Shown here piece by piece: positions 35,326 through 44,483 of a DNA stretch of 64,000 bases; positions within the stretch are counted from its first letter, which is position 1; each line of letters starts with the position of its first letter. A program made the translations under genes and the position numbers. The stretch is taken from positions 80,830-144,829 of the forward strand of contig JACQCQ010000013.1 in the NCBI GenBank assembly GCA_016201505.1, in the 5' to 3' direction. This DNA comes from Candidatus Sungiibacteriota bacterium. GTDB lineage: Bacteria; Patescibacteriota; Minisyncoccia; Sungbacterales; JACQCQ01. Under the pieces are notes generated by a model, which worked only from the letters and a program-made list of their open reading frames with translations, had not been told where the DNA came from and made no database searches.

Positions 35326-36537
35326 CTAATCCCCCAACGGGATTGTATTCGTTGCGATGATTTTTTTGTACTCAAGGGCCGATGGTCGAATTTTGCGCTC
35401 TTGGGTTTTGTAGTTTACCTCCACCAGGCCAAACCGCGGACTAAATCCGGAGTCCCATTCAAAATTATCGATGAGAGACCAGTGTAAATAGCCAAAGCAG
35501 TTCACTCCCTTTGTTAAAGCTCTTGCGACGCTTTTCACATTATCTTGAATGTAGGCCGGCCGGTAATTATCTTTGGCGTCAGCCAGTCCGTTTTCAGTGA
35601 CGATAATCGACGCATTAAATCTTCGATGTAAGCCCATCAGTGCATGATACAGACTCCCGTCAAAAATTTCCCAACCCATATCTGAAACTTTTTTGTTTTT
35701 ATTTCTGCCAAAGCCGTAATGAATGCGATTATGAAAATAATGATTTAAGCCAATAAAATCAAAATGCCCTCGCGTGTGATTTAAAACATGATAGTTCCAG
35801 ATGCGGTCAGCCGCCCATTTCAAAATATAGTTCACCGGCCCGCCCGCGGATTCAAAGTAGACAATATTAACTGCCAGCCCGACTTTGGCATCGGGGCGCA
35901 CACCCTTTACCGCCTGATAGGCTTTCCGATGAGCAGTAATCAAGCGCGCGATAGCTTTATAAAATAAAAAAATATTCTTCTTTTGCGGCCCCCACTTGCC
36001 CCTTAAATAGGAGTTTAAGGCATAGATCTCCGGTTCATTGATAGTGATCCAATGGCGGACATCGCCACCGAAAGCCTCGGCCATTTTTTTTACGTAGCGT
36101 TCAAAGTACATCGGGAATTGGCTTGATTGAATCCCGCCCTGATTGCGAAGCCAAATTGGTAACGTAAAGTGCCACAGGGTGAGAAACGGCTCAATGCCGC
36201 GCTCGCGAAGCGCTTTAATTACCTCGCGATAATGTTCAATGGCAGCCTGATCGAATTTTCCTTTTTTCGGCTCAATGTATGACCACTCAAGCGAAAACCG
36301 GTGCGCATTGTGGCCTAAATCTTTGGCGATATCAAAATCCTCGCGGAATCGATTATAGTGATCAGAGGCGCGGCCTGAAATATAATCTTCGGGATTTAAA
36401 CCTTCGGTCTTTAACTCTAGAACGCGCTTGGGAGACTCTTCCCACTCCGTCCAATCATTATGATTTGCGCCTTCTACCTGATGCGCCGAGGTTGCAGCCC
36501 CCCAGAAAAATCCGCTCGGAAATTTAAATGTCTCCAT
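35326..36537 (-). CDS. bgl: GH1 family beta-glucosidase.
   Basis: N-terminal FPSGFFWGAATSAHQVEG GH1 signature; catalytic acid TINEP (WITINEPEI); nucleophile motif TENG (IIVTENGLAD). Confidence 0.95.
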   Translation of the reverse strand: METFKFPSGFFWGAATSAHQVEGANHNDWTEWEESPKRVLELKTEGLNPEDYISGRASDHYNRFREDFDIAKDLGHNAHRFSLEWSYIEPKKGKFDQAAIEHYREVIKALRERGIEPFLTLWHFTLPIWLRNQGGIQSSQFPMYFERYVKKMAEAFGGDVRHWITINEPEIYALNSYLRGKWGPQKKNIFLFYKAIARLITAHRKAYQAVKGVRPDAKVGLAVNIVYFESAGGPVNYILKWAADRIWNYHVLNHTRGHFDFIGLNHYFHNRIHYGFGRNKNKKVSDMGWEIFDGSLYHALMGLHRRFNASIIVTENGLADAKDNYRPAYIQDNVKSVARALTKGVNCFGYLHWSLIDNFEWDSGFSPRFGLVEVNYKTQERKIRPSALEYKKIIATNTIPLGD

Positions 36538-36547
36538 GTTATCAACT

Positions 36548-36575
36548 CACTCCAATACTTTAAAGTATTGGAGTG
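36548..36575. promoter_or_regulatory. Operator type 3, copy a: CACTCCAATACTTTAAAGTATTGGAGTG. It abuts the stop of the TrpR-like gene and lies 10 nt upstream of the GH1 start.
   Basis: 28-bp perfect palindrome. Confidence 0.6.
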
Positions 36576-36986
36576 CTATACTTTCACCATGTTCCATCGA
36601 CCCCTTGGATCTGATTTTCTCGGTAAGCTCATAAAGAGTTTTTCAATAGTTTCAAACGTATTCTTGAAATTTTTGCTCCTCTCAAGATTTTTTATAAACA
36701 TCCTGAATCCCCTTCCATCGCGCTGAAGTTTTTCACTAATCGTGCCTATGGTAGTTTGGCTAACTTTTAAAATTCGTTCTATCTGCTGATAGGAGTAATC
36801 CTCTTCGAGCAAAAGCGCTATTAAGATTCTTTTTCCGAGCATTGCTTTTTCAGTAGTAGTCAATAAATCATCAAAGAACAATTTCAACGAGCCTCTATCC
36901 CGCAAAATTAAGGTGGCTTCGACGATTCTGCTTGACAGATCATCTATATGGCCTGGCGTTAATTTATAACGTGATAGATGCGGCAT
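36576..36986 (-). CDS. TrpR-related YerC/YecD-family small DNA-binding protein (second paralogue).
   Basis: 136 aa. FFDDLLTTTEKAMLGKRILIALLLEEDYSYQQIERILKVSQTTIGTISEKL closely follows the YerC/YecD consensus (FFDDL.T..E...L..R...A..L.EG.SY..I.......S..TIS). Confidence 0.75.
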   Translation of the reverse strand: MPHLSRYKLTPGHIDDLSSRIVEATLILRDRGSLKLFFDDLLTTTEKAMLGKRILIALLLEEDYSYQQIERILKVSQTTIGTISEKLQRDGRGFRMFIKNLERSKNFKNTFETIEKLFMSLPRKSDPRGRWNMVKV

Positions 36987-36992
36987 GGCTGT

Positions 36993-37020
36993 ACTCTAAT
37001 ACTTTAAAGTATTGGAGTAA
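36993..37020. promoter_or_regulatory. Operator type 3, copy b: TACTCTAATACTTTAAAGTATTGGAGTA (1 mismatch), 6 nt upstream of the TrpR-like start codon.
   Basis: Near-perfect palindrome with the same core as 36548-36575. Confidence 0.55.
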
Positions 37021-37032
37021 AGTTTTTGGTGG

Positions 37033-37731
37033 TTATGGTGAATGCTTTTCGCGCCAGTCGGCGATTTTTTTATGATTTCCGGAAAGCAGAATCTTGGGAA
37101 CGGCGTATTTCTTACCTTTATATTCTAATACCTCCGGGCGCGTATAGTGCGGATATTCGAGCCCCTGCTTAAGAGATGCGGCCTTTTCTTTTTTAAGCAA
37201 AAGATTCCAATGCGATTCCTCTTTTAACGAATCAAGCCGAATGACTCCAGGGACCAAGCGCGCAATAGCCGAAATGATAACCATTGCTGCCGCATCACCA
37301 TCCGTTAACACATACGGCCCGATCGAAATTTCTTCGGCATGCAAAATTTTCAATACCCGTTCGTCGATACCTTCATATCGGCCGCTGATGAGCACGAGCC
37401 GCTGATATTTTTTTGCCCAGCCATGAGCCATTTTTTGGTTAAATGGCTTGCCTTTGGCCGAGAGCACAATGATCTTTGTACGCACTTCGGCGGGTTTGTC
37501 TTTTGACCTTACGTGCTCGATGACACGTATAATCGGCTCGGCCATCAGCACCATCCCCGCTCCTCCGCCGTATGGCCTGTCGTCAACTTGCCGATACGTT
37601 CCTTTGGCCCAATTTCTTACATTATGAATCTGGACGGAAATGAGGCCGCGTTCCTTGGCACGGCCCAAAACCGACGTATCAAAATACGACTCAAGTGCTT
37701 GCGGCGTTACCGATAGGATATCAAATCGCAT
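37033..37731 (-). CDS. trmD: tRNA (guanine37-N1)-methyltransferase.
   Basis: SPOUT knot region with GRYEGIDER and PYGGGAGMV. Full-length TrmD similarity. Confidence 0.9.
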   Translation of the reverse strand: MRFDILSVTPQALESYFDTSVLGRAKERGLISVQIHNVRNWAKGTYRQVDDRPYGGGAGMVLMAEPIIRVIEHVRSKDKPAEVRTKIIVLSAKGKPFNQKMAHGWAKKYQRLVLISGRYEGIDERVLKILHAEEISIGPYVLTDGDAAAMVIISAIARLVPGVIRLDSLKEESHWNLLLKKEKAASLKQGLEYPHYTRPEVLEYKGKKYAVPKILLSGNHKKIADWREKHSP

Positions 37732-37824
37732 TAAGCTGTATTCCAGCATATTTATTTTTATTTCTCAAATGTGAGCCAAAATCAAAATCCGTGCTGTGGC
37801 GCGGATTTTGATTTTGGTGTTTTG

Positions 37825-38181
37825 TTATATATTCCCGAGTTCATCGACGAGCTGGTCGAGATCCCGATTCTTTTCGTTTCGCACTTCGGGGCGTTCGGAT
37901 ACTCTATCGTCGCGCCTGACATAGGTTGACCCTTCCGGCTCGGCAATCTTCAAGTTAACCCTGGCATTATTTTTAATGCCGACGACTCGAAGCAGCGTTC
38001 GGATGGCCTTCGCAGTTGATCCATTGCGGCCGATCAGTTTTCCCATATCCGATTGCGAAACATGCAGTGTTAAGAGCACCCCCATTTCATCAACCTTGCG
38101 TTCAACTTTAACGGTAGACGGATCATCCACCAAGGCCTTCACCACATGTTCGAGAAACGCCTGATCTGAATTTTGATCCAT
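37825..38181 (-). CDS. KH-domain RNA-binding protein (KhpA/YlqC-like).
   Basis: GKLIGRNGSTAKAIRTLL KH GXXG loop region; position between rpsP and trmD as in the rpsP-ylqC-rimM-trmD cluster. Confidence 0.75.
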   Translation of the reverse strand: MDQNSDQAFLEHVVKALVDDPSTVKVERKVDEMGVLLTLHVSQSDMGKLIGRNGSTAKAIRTLLRVVGIKNNARVNLKIAEPEGSTYVRRDDRVSERPEVRNEKNRDLDQLVDELGNI

Positions 38182-38271
38182 AGCAGTACTATCAATCTTT
38201 CCGTAGCTTTCGACCTCGCGGCTACTCTAATTTGTAAGCAAACTATAAAACGAAATTATAAAAAATTCAAA

Positions 38272-38562
38272 TTATGCGGCTGCAGTAGCTGTAGCTTTTA
38301 TCTTCATTTTAATCGGGCGCGGCTGGGCCTCAATGATCTTATGTTTGATCAACAAATTGTGCGCCGTATCAGAAACTTGAGCGCCTTTTAAAAGCCAATA
38401 GTGGATACGTTCGCTTTTTAAAACAGTCTGCTTCGTCTTGGGATGATAGGAACCCAAAAGCTCCAGGTATTTTCCCCGGGCGGCATTTTGATGTTCGGTG
38501 ACCACGAGCCGAAAGGCTGGGTCATTTTTTCGGCCGACGCGCTGGAAACGGATAACTAACAT
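38272..38562 (-). CDS. rpsP: 30S ribosomal protein S16.
   Basis: MLVIRFQRVGRKNDPAFRLVV...GSYHP, a typical S16 N-terminus. Confidence 0.9.
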   Translation of the reverse strand: MLVIRFQRVGRKNDPAFRLVVTEHQNAARGKYLELLGSYHPKTKQTVLKSERIHYWLLKGAQVSDTAHNLLIKHKIIEAQPRPIKMKIKATATAAA

Positions 38563-38835
38563 GGACCCAAATTTCTAATATCTAATTCCTAATTTCTAAT
38601 ACCTAAAACTAACTCTACGAGAGTAACGAAAACGAGCCCACAAGTCAAACTACGCCTCCCGCATGGAATTGAAAGTCATACATTACCTATAACATCCTAT
38701 AGTACGTTATAGGTATGGAGAGCTGAAGCCATTGCATTTTTGGCACTTTGGAAATCTGGAAGAATCGATAAAATGAAAGCCGCGGGTTCCGCCGCGGCGC
38801 GTAGAGACATTGGATCAATCTTCTCTTCGCGTGAG

Positions 38836-39141
38836 TTAATCCCTCCGGTGGGATCGTTTGGCAACTATGAACGCGAGATCGCGCATGTGCTTATTAATCA
38901 CCGCCTGATTCAAATGAAAATCAGTGAACTCGGTGCGAAGCGCTTTCTGGAATGCAACCTTTCGATCTTCGAGGAGCTTTTGCGTTTTCCTCCAGCCACG
39001 TGATCGCGCTTTGGCGAATTGCTTGAGCTCTTCATCACAAAGTCGAATTTCTTCATAATAGACGACCCGCTGGTTCAAAACCTGAAGCTGGCAGACGACG
39101 AGATTCAGCAGTTGCATCGAACTCGAGACAGCTTTATTCAT
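38836..39141 (-). CDS. Hypothetical small protein (101 aa). It could be non-coding, and an overlapping plus-strand ORF also exists.
   Basis: ORF only. It sits where ftsY/ffh would normally lie between smc and rpsP. Confidence 0.25.
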   Translation of the reverse strand: MNKAVSSSMQLLNLVVCQLQVLNQRVVYYEEIRLCDEELKQFAKARSRGWRKTQKLLEDRKVAFQKALRTEFTDFHLNQAVINKHMRDLAFIVAKRSHRRD

Positions 39142-39194
39142 CAGTGCCCTCCCTATGTGTAGGAGCGTAAAACGCTGATGGCTGGATTGTCAAA

Positions 39195-41387
39195 TTACCG
39201 ACTTACGTACTGCTCGCCTTCCTCAAATTTAATCGAGACCAGTTTTGAGATGCCATCATCCCCCATGGTGACGCCGTACAAAATTCCGGCGCGCAGCATC
39301 GTCTCGCGGTTATGGGTGATAATAATTAATTGCGTCTTTTTAGAAAGTTCAACCAGCGTATCGGCATATTTTTGCGAGTTGGCTTCATCCAGCGCCGCAT
39401 CCGTTTCATCAAGCACCAAAAAGGGCGGCGGGTTCACCAGGACCATCGCAAATAAGAGCGCAATCGAGGCTAGCGCCCGCTCCCCGCCCGATAACATGGA
39501 AAGCGATCTAATGCGTTTTCGCGGGATATCGACGTCAATATCAATGCCGTATTCAATTTCTTCGGGTTCTTCTAAGCCGTCTTTTTCATCTTCATCACTC
39601 TTCCGACGGCCTAATTTTTCATAGGTTAATTTGGCGTGTCCCCCGCCAAAGATTATTTTAAAATACTGATCAAAGCCCTCATTGATTTTTTTAAATCCGC
39701 GATCAAAGTCATCGGCAATTTGTTTTTCTAAAGTCTCGATTAATTCTTGCAGTGAAGCGCTGGCGGCTTTTAAATCTTCCAGCTCCTTGGTTAAAAACTG
39801 GTAGCGCGATTCCGTGTCGGTGTACTCTTTAACCACCGAGGCGTCGATCCCGCCAATTTCTTCCAGCTTTCCCCGCAGCCGCTCAATTTTTTTAAATAAA
39901 TCTTGCGCGTCAGGATAGTGCGCCAGGTCATTGGCATCTACTTCACGCACCTTGGCTTCAGGCAGATTGACCAGAGCTAACTCTTTTTTAAGGGTCTCGC
40001 GGCGAGAATGTATATTCTCGCGAAGATAATTAGTCCGCTCGAGCTTCGATCGGATCTTGCCTCTTAATTCTTCGGCTTCGCGCAATTCACGCTCCAGTTT
40101 TCGCAAATCGGCCTCTGTGGCTCGCGAGACTGATTCGCGGACGCGCACTGCCTCGCGTTTCTTTGAAAGGTCAGCCGCGGCTTTTTGCAGTTCGGCTTCA
40201 AGCCTTTTTGCCTCCTCTTCCAGGATCTTGAGATCCTTTTGCCATGCCGCGTCCGGCGTAAGTTCCACACTGCCCCGGTCAATATCGCTGATTAAGGACT
40301 CAAGTTCGAAAACGGCGCTCTCAATTTTATGAGCCAACTCTGCGGGATTCCCCAGGCTCTCTTTTAATAACGAAAGGAGTTTGGTAATTTTTTCTTTGAT
40401 GTAGGCAGGGTCGGCAATGCGCACAGAGGGTTTTGCAAGCCTGTCTTTTTCGGCGAGGGCTCGTCCTTCGGCCCTGCCAAATTCGCGTTCCAAATTTTGG
40501 CGCGTCGTCTCCAAAGCCGCGAGTGAATTCTCGAGGCTGGTTACATCATCGGGATTCAGGGCCTCTGCCTCACGCGCTTCAATGGTTGACTTCAGGTGAC
40601 GGACCTTGGCTTCGGCTGATGCCAGTTCTTTTTCAAAAGGAGCGGCGTCTTTGGCAATTTCTTTTTCTTCACGCTCGATCTCAACTAAAATTCGGCAAAA
40701 ATAAATCCGTTCCAATTTTTCCAGATCGGCCTCGAGAGTTTCGCGAGCTTCGGCTTTTTCCGCCTGATGTTTTAAAAATTTAAGATGCGGCGCAATTTCG
40801 CGAACCAGAGCTTCAACTTGGTTCATATTCTCCTGCGTTAAGGCAAATTTCCGTTCGGATTCAATTTTTTTTATCTGATAAACCTTAAGTCCCAAAGCCT
40901 CCTCTAAAATCTCTTTCCGATCACGCGAAGAAGAGAGGAGCCAGCGGTCAACCTCGCCCTGTCCGATGATATTGTGCTTTTGATCTCCAAGCCCCATGCG
41001 CGCTATCAAGCCCACGATGTCTTTCAGGCGCACGATGGAATTATTCAGCGAGTACTCATTTGAGCCGTCGCGGAAAATCTTCCGCTCGACGATGACTTCC
41101 GGAAAATCAAGCGGAATTTTCCCGTCATGATTCTCAAAATACAAAGCCACCGAGGCCTTACCCATTCTCGGGACTTTCGGCGAGCCATTAAAAATCAAGT
41201 CCTCCCCGCGCCTGCCGCGGAGACTCTTCATGGATTGCTCGCCCAAGACCCAGCGGATGGCCTCGGCGATGTTTGATTTGCCCGAGCCGTTCGGCCCGAC
41301 AATGGCGCTGATCTCGACTGGGAATTCCAAAACCGTGTTTTTAGCAAACGATTTGAATCCAGAGATTGAAAGCTTAGAAAGGCGCAT
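39195..41387 (-). CDS. smc: SMC-family ABC-type ATPase, short form (about 730 aa) with coiled coil but no recognisable hinge domain.
   Basis: N-terminal Walker A GPNGSGKSN. The C-terminus has the ABC signature LSGGERALASIALLFA and Walker B LVLDETDAALD. A long Glu/Lys/Ala/Leu-rich coiled-coil middle. Confidence 0.75.
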   Translation of the reverse strand: MRLSKLSISGFKSFAKNTVLEFPVEISAIVGPNGSGKSNIAEAIRWVLGEQSMKSLRGRRGEDLIFNGSPKVPRMGKASVALYFENHDGKIPLDFPEVIVERKIFRDGSNEYSLNNSIVRLKDIVGLIARMGLGDQKHNIIGQGEVDRWLLSSSRDRKEILEEALGLKVYQIKKIESERKFALTQENMNQVEALVREIAPHLKFLKHQAEKAEARETLEADLEKLERIYFCRILVEIEREEKEIAKDAAPFEKELASAEAKVRHLKSTIEAREAEALNPDDVTSLENSLAALETTRQNLEREFGRAEGRALAEKDRLAKPSVRIADPAYIKEKITKLLSLLKESLGNPAELAHKIESAVFELESLISDIDRGSVELTPDAAWQKDLKILEEEAKRLEAELQKAAADLSKKREAVRVRESVSRATEADLRKLERELREAEELRGKIRSKLERTNYLRENIHSRRETLKKELALVNLPEAKVREVDANDLAHYPDAQDLFKKIERLRGKLEEIGGIDASVVKEYTDTESRYQFLTKELEDLKAASASLQELIETLEKQIADDFDRGFKKINEGFDQYFKIIFGGGHAKLTYEKLGRRKSDEDEKDGLEEPEEIEYGIDIDVDIPRKRIRSLSMLSGGERALASIALLFAMVLVNPPPFLVLDETDAALDEANSQKYADTLVELSKKTQLIIITHNRETMLRAGILYGVTMGDDGISKLVSIKFEEGEQYVSR

Positions 41388-41527
41388 ACTATTTAGAATA
41401 TCACGGTTCATTTGGGCGGACGAGATTTTTAGGTTATACGAAAAGGTTGATATACTGACATAATCTATGGTAAAACTCCGTCATCTTTAGCAAAGAAGCT
41501 CATCACTTGAGTACACGCAAAGGCCAT

Positions 41528-42286
41528 ATGCCATCAAACAAACCGCGAATTCTGCGCGGGCGAAAAGAAAACGGAGCGGCTCGAGCAATGGACTCTATCC
41601 CTTTACCCGTGCCTGCGTCTTTCGGAATTCTCAAGACTCGCGTCCCCGCAGTCGGAGGGGGGAAGTTTTTGGCTATCTCGGCAACAAATTTTATGCTGGC
41701 CTTCATGCTCCTCTATCTTGCGGGACTTATGCCCGATGGGGCAAAAGAGATTGCCGGAGCCATTACCCACCCGTTCATATTACAATCCCGGGCGGAAACG
41801 ACTCCCCTATCTGAAACAGAATCTCCCGCAGTCGGCGAGGATTCCAACTGGCGCATCGAAATACAAAAAATTAATGTTGACGCGCCGATTCTTCTGCCTG
41901 ATACGAGGGCGCCCGTCATCTTAAATGAAGATCTGACCCAAGGCGTCGTGCATTATCCGGGGTCGGCCATGCCGGGCGAAATTGGGAACGTATTTTTATT
42001 TGGTCACTCAACGGGACTCGCCTTCGTTCACAACAAGAACTACGAAATCTTTAACGACGTAAAAAAACTGGGGGCAGATGATGTCATAAAACTGGAGAAC
42101 AGCGGGCGCGTATACTTGTACCTTGTCAAGTCAGTCGAAAATAAAAAGGCGGGCGCCGCCGAAATTCAATTGACGTCAGATAAAAAACTGCTTACGCTTT
42201 CTACCTGTAACATTTTCGGCGGCGAGGAGGCGCGTTACATCGTAGAGGCGGAATTTTTAAGGAGCTATCCGGTGGTAGTCGATTAG
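41528..42286 (+). CDS. Sortase (transpeptidase) family protein.
   Basis: N-terminal TM helix. His in FLFGHSTG. Catalytic TLSTC motif (the TLxTC sortase signature). Confidence 0.8.
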   Translation: MPSNKPRILRGRKENGAARAMDSIPLPVPASFGILKTRVPAVGGGKFLAISATNFMLAFMLLYLAGLMPDGAKEIAGAITHPFILQSRAETTPLSETESPAVGEDSNWRIEIQKINVDAPILLPDTRAPVILNEDLTQGVVHYPGSAMPGEIGNVFLFGHSTGLAFVHNKNYEIFNDVKKLGADDVIKLENSGRVYLYLVKSVENKKAGAAEIQLTSDKKLLTLSTCNIFGGEEARYIVEAEFLRSYPVVVD

Positions 42287-42347
42287 TTTTCTAGTTTATC
42301 AGTTTGCTAGTTCAAACTAGCCGACTAGACAACTAGCGAACTGAACG
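42287..42347. repeat. ctagtt/aactag-rich repeat block (family also at 25508, 30527, 31683).
   Basis: AGTTTTCTAGTTTATCAGTTTGCTAGTTCAAACTAGCCGACTAGACAACTAGCGAACTGAAC shares AGTTTTCTAGTT...AACTAGCC.ACTA..AACTAGCGAACT with 31720-31765. Confidence 0.5.
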
Positions 42348-42446
42348 TGCCGCCGGATACTTCCTCGAAAAGTTCGGGGAAAAGATCGTTCACACACCAA
42401 CGAGAAGAAAACCCAAAAACGCCCTAACCGGGAAAGGCGGAGAATC

Positions 42447-43727
42447 GTGAGAAAAATCCTGATCGCGCTTAGTGTGGTCCTCGCCATGGTCTTTTTTGTC
42501 CCCGGCCAGTCGTTCGCCAGGTTCATCTGGGCCAACCCCGGTGAGAGTCCGTTCACGCCGGCAAACACGCAAGGCATCGAAACGCACATCCGCCAGATGT
42601 CCTCCCTTCCGAAAGAGGTACAGGATGATCTGATCCGACAGGTGCAAGACGCACTCGTCGCCAAGGCGGCGCTAAAGCAGCTGATCGACGCGGAGCCAAG
42701 CCTGACCACAGAAGAGAAGTCGACTGCGTGGGAACAATACGCAAACGCGCCGGCCCCGTTCTTCAATGTCGAGGAGCTGGAAAAGCGGAGTCTTCCCCAG
42801 CCCGTACTCAAAAAAGCTCGGGCCTTGGTCAAGATTCCTACCGTCGCCTTCCTAAAGCCCGGCCAAGAGTTCGACTACATGGCTTCGGGCAAGGACCGAA
42901 TCGTCCGCGACGTGGTCTACACGCCGGCTCCCGGCATGCAGGCCAGCGTGCCCGCAATCCATCGACAAGGCAGCGAGCTGAAGGCCTATATCTTCGAGGC
43001 GAGCAAAGACGGCATGGGTTATGTCATCGTCATGCCGACCATCTGCAACAACTTGGCGATGTATCGCCATCAGCTGAATCTCGCCCAACCCGCTCCTACG
43101 CCGCGAGCCACGCCTGATGGGACGCCTACTGCGACGCTCCAGCCGCTTGGCCCCGAGTGGAAAATCTTCCACATCCGGGAGTGGAGGCCAGGACCCACGG
43201 CCAATAAGCTCGTGGGACACGATGGCTACCAGAGCCGCGATCTCGGCTTCGAGCTGACCGAGCATCACAGTCGCGGCGCGAAAACCGAGGCTTTGGCTGA
43301 ACACCTGGCCTGCGGCTATTTCACCTTCAAGATATTCGGCGTCCGCGCGACCGCCATCGGCCAGCCGTTTGTCCAAAACGGCAAGATCCAGGATACGATC
43401 GGCCAAAAGTACGTCGTCCGCCACTACGACGATAATCTCGTCGATCTCGCAATCGAAACGCCGGTCTGCCAAGGCGAGGGCGACATCGCCTTCAAGCGCA
43501 TCGAAGATCCATCCGCGGCGTGGGTCCTGCCGCACAGCGTCGTCTATGTCGAAGGCGCAAAAGAGCGCCACTACCAATATCCTCGCACGCAGGCTCTCAA
43601 AACCTGCTCGGGGCTGGGCAACGACTGGAAGATCTGCGGCAGGAACGTAGTCGCCGAGATTGGCGAATTCGCTCAAGAGTTCGCTGATCTGACGGTGACG
43701 CGATTCAACTTCCGTATCGGTCAGTGA
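42447..43727 (+). CDS. Secreted hypothetical protein (signal peptide) in a high-GC (~60%) island.
   Basis: N-terminal MRKILIALSVVLAMVFFVPGQSFA signal peptide. Long ORF with strongly atypical GC. Terminator immediately downstream. Confidence 0.6.
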   Translation: MRKILIALSVVLAMVFFVPGQSFARFIWANPGESPFTPANTQGIETHIRQMSSLPKEVQDDLIRQVQDALVAKAALKQLIDAEPSLTTEEKSTAWEQYANAPAPFFNVEELEKRSLPQPVLKKARALVKIPTVAFLKPGQEFDYMASGKDRIVRDVVYTPAPGMQASVPAIHRQGSELKAYIFEASKDGMGYVIVMPTICNNLAMYRHQLNLAQPAPTPRATPDGTPTATLQPLGPEWKIFHIREWRPGPTANKLVGHDGYQSRDLGFELTEHHSRGAKTEALAEHLACGYFTFKIFGVRATAIGQPFVQNGKIQDTIGQKYVVRHYDDNLVDLAIETPVCQGEGDIAFKRIEDPSAAWVLPHSVVYVEGAKERHYQYPRTQALKTCSGLGNDWKICGRNVVAEIGEFAQEFADLTVTRFNFRIGQ

Positions 43728-43765
43728 CGAGATGAGGCGGCGCGGAACTCCGCGCCGCCTCATCA
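43728..43765 (+). terminator. Rho-independent terminator.
   Basis: GATGAGGCGGCGCG-gaactc-CGCGCCGCCTCATC, a perfect 14-bp stem. Confidence 0.6.
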
Positions 43766-43775
43766 GAAAATTTTT

Positions 43776-44477
43776 ATGTCAACTGCCAACAAAAAATTTA
43801 TTTTGGAAAATTCTTTTACGGGGAGATTTCTCTTTCTCTTGACTTTGTTATGCATATTTAGTTTTTCACTTATTTTAATAAACCGAGAATTCAACGCCCA
43901 TATTTCCTTCATCCATTCAGCCTTAGCGGACGCTGGCGGAGAGGGTTCCGGTGACGCGGGCGGAGAGGGATCGGGAGATGCCGGGGGAGAAGGCGCGGGT
44001 GATGCGGGAGGAGAGAGCATCGGAGGAGTTAGTGTTGCCCCGGGTCAGCCTAGCGGCAATCCGCCGGGCGATCAGCCGGGCACGCCGCCCTCAAGTCCGC
44101 CGACCGCACCAATCAGTCCGCCGCCGCCTGCACCACCGTCCCCTCCATCACCTCCATCACCTCCATCACCTCCAACTCCACCTTCACCGCCAGGCTCTCC
44201 GGGCTCACCGCCTTCAAGTCCCCCGGGCGGCGGGGGAAGTTTTTCTCCGGGAATTTGTCTTGATCCGGGCGGCTTAAATTACGGCGGCTCGCTGCCCTGC
44301 ACGTATCCCAGCGGCAATATCTCGTTAAGAAAAGAAATTTCGCCGACTGCATTTATTTATTTATCGCAAGTGCCTTATACCGGCATTGGCGACAATACCG
44401 AAACTATTGGTTTCTTTCTCTCACTTCTTGGTCTTAGTCTCGCCGGAACATATTTAATGACGAATCGAAAAACCTAA
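43776..44477 (+). CDS. Pro-rich repetitive surface protein with a C-terminal cell-wall-sorting-signal-like tail (candidate sortase substrate).
   Basis: N-terminal TM/signal. DAGGEGSG x4 repeats. PSPPSPPSPP tract. C-terminal VPYTG, then the hydrophobic IGFFLSLLGLSLAGTYLM, then the basic tail NRKT. Confidence 0.55.
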   Translation: MSTANKKFILENSFTGRFLFLLTLLCIFSFSLILINREFNAHISFIHSALADAGGEGSGDAGGEGSGDAGGEGAGDAGGESIGGVSVAPGQPSGNPPGDQPGTPPSSPPTAPISPPPPAPPSPPSPPSPPSPPTPPSPPGSPGSPPSSPPGGGGSFSPGICLDPGGLNYGGSLPCTYPSGNISLRKEISPTAFIYLSQVPYTGIGDNTETIGFFLSLLGLSLAGTYLMTNRKT

Positions 44478-44483
44478 CACGGT

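Noticed and set aside
38740-39003. 87-aa plus-strand ORF overlapping the 101-aa minus-strand ORF between smc and rpsP.
   Set aside because: Neither frame shows a recognisable domain. The plus-strand frame would be the only plus-strand gene in a long minus-strand block. The minus-strand frame is kept, at low confidence only.
42317-43763. Minus-strand ORFs 42317..42832, 42553..42744 and 42852..43763, plus several plus-strand ORFs overlapping the secreted-protein gene.
   Set aside because: High GC suppresses stop codons, creating long spurious frames. The plus-strand 426-aa ORF has a signal peptide and its own terminator.
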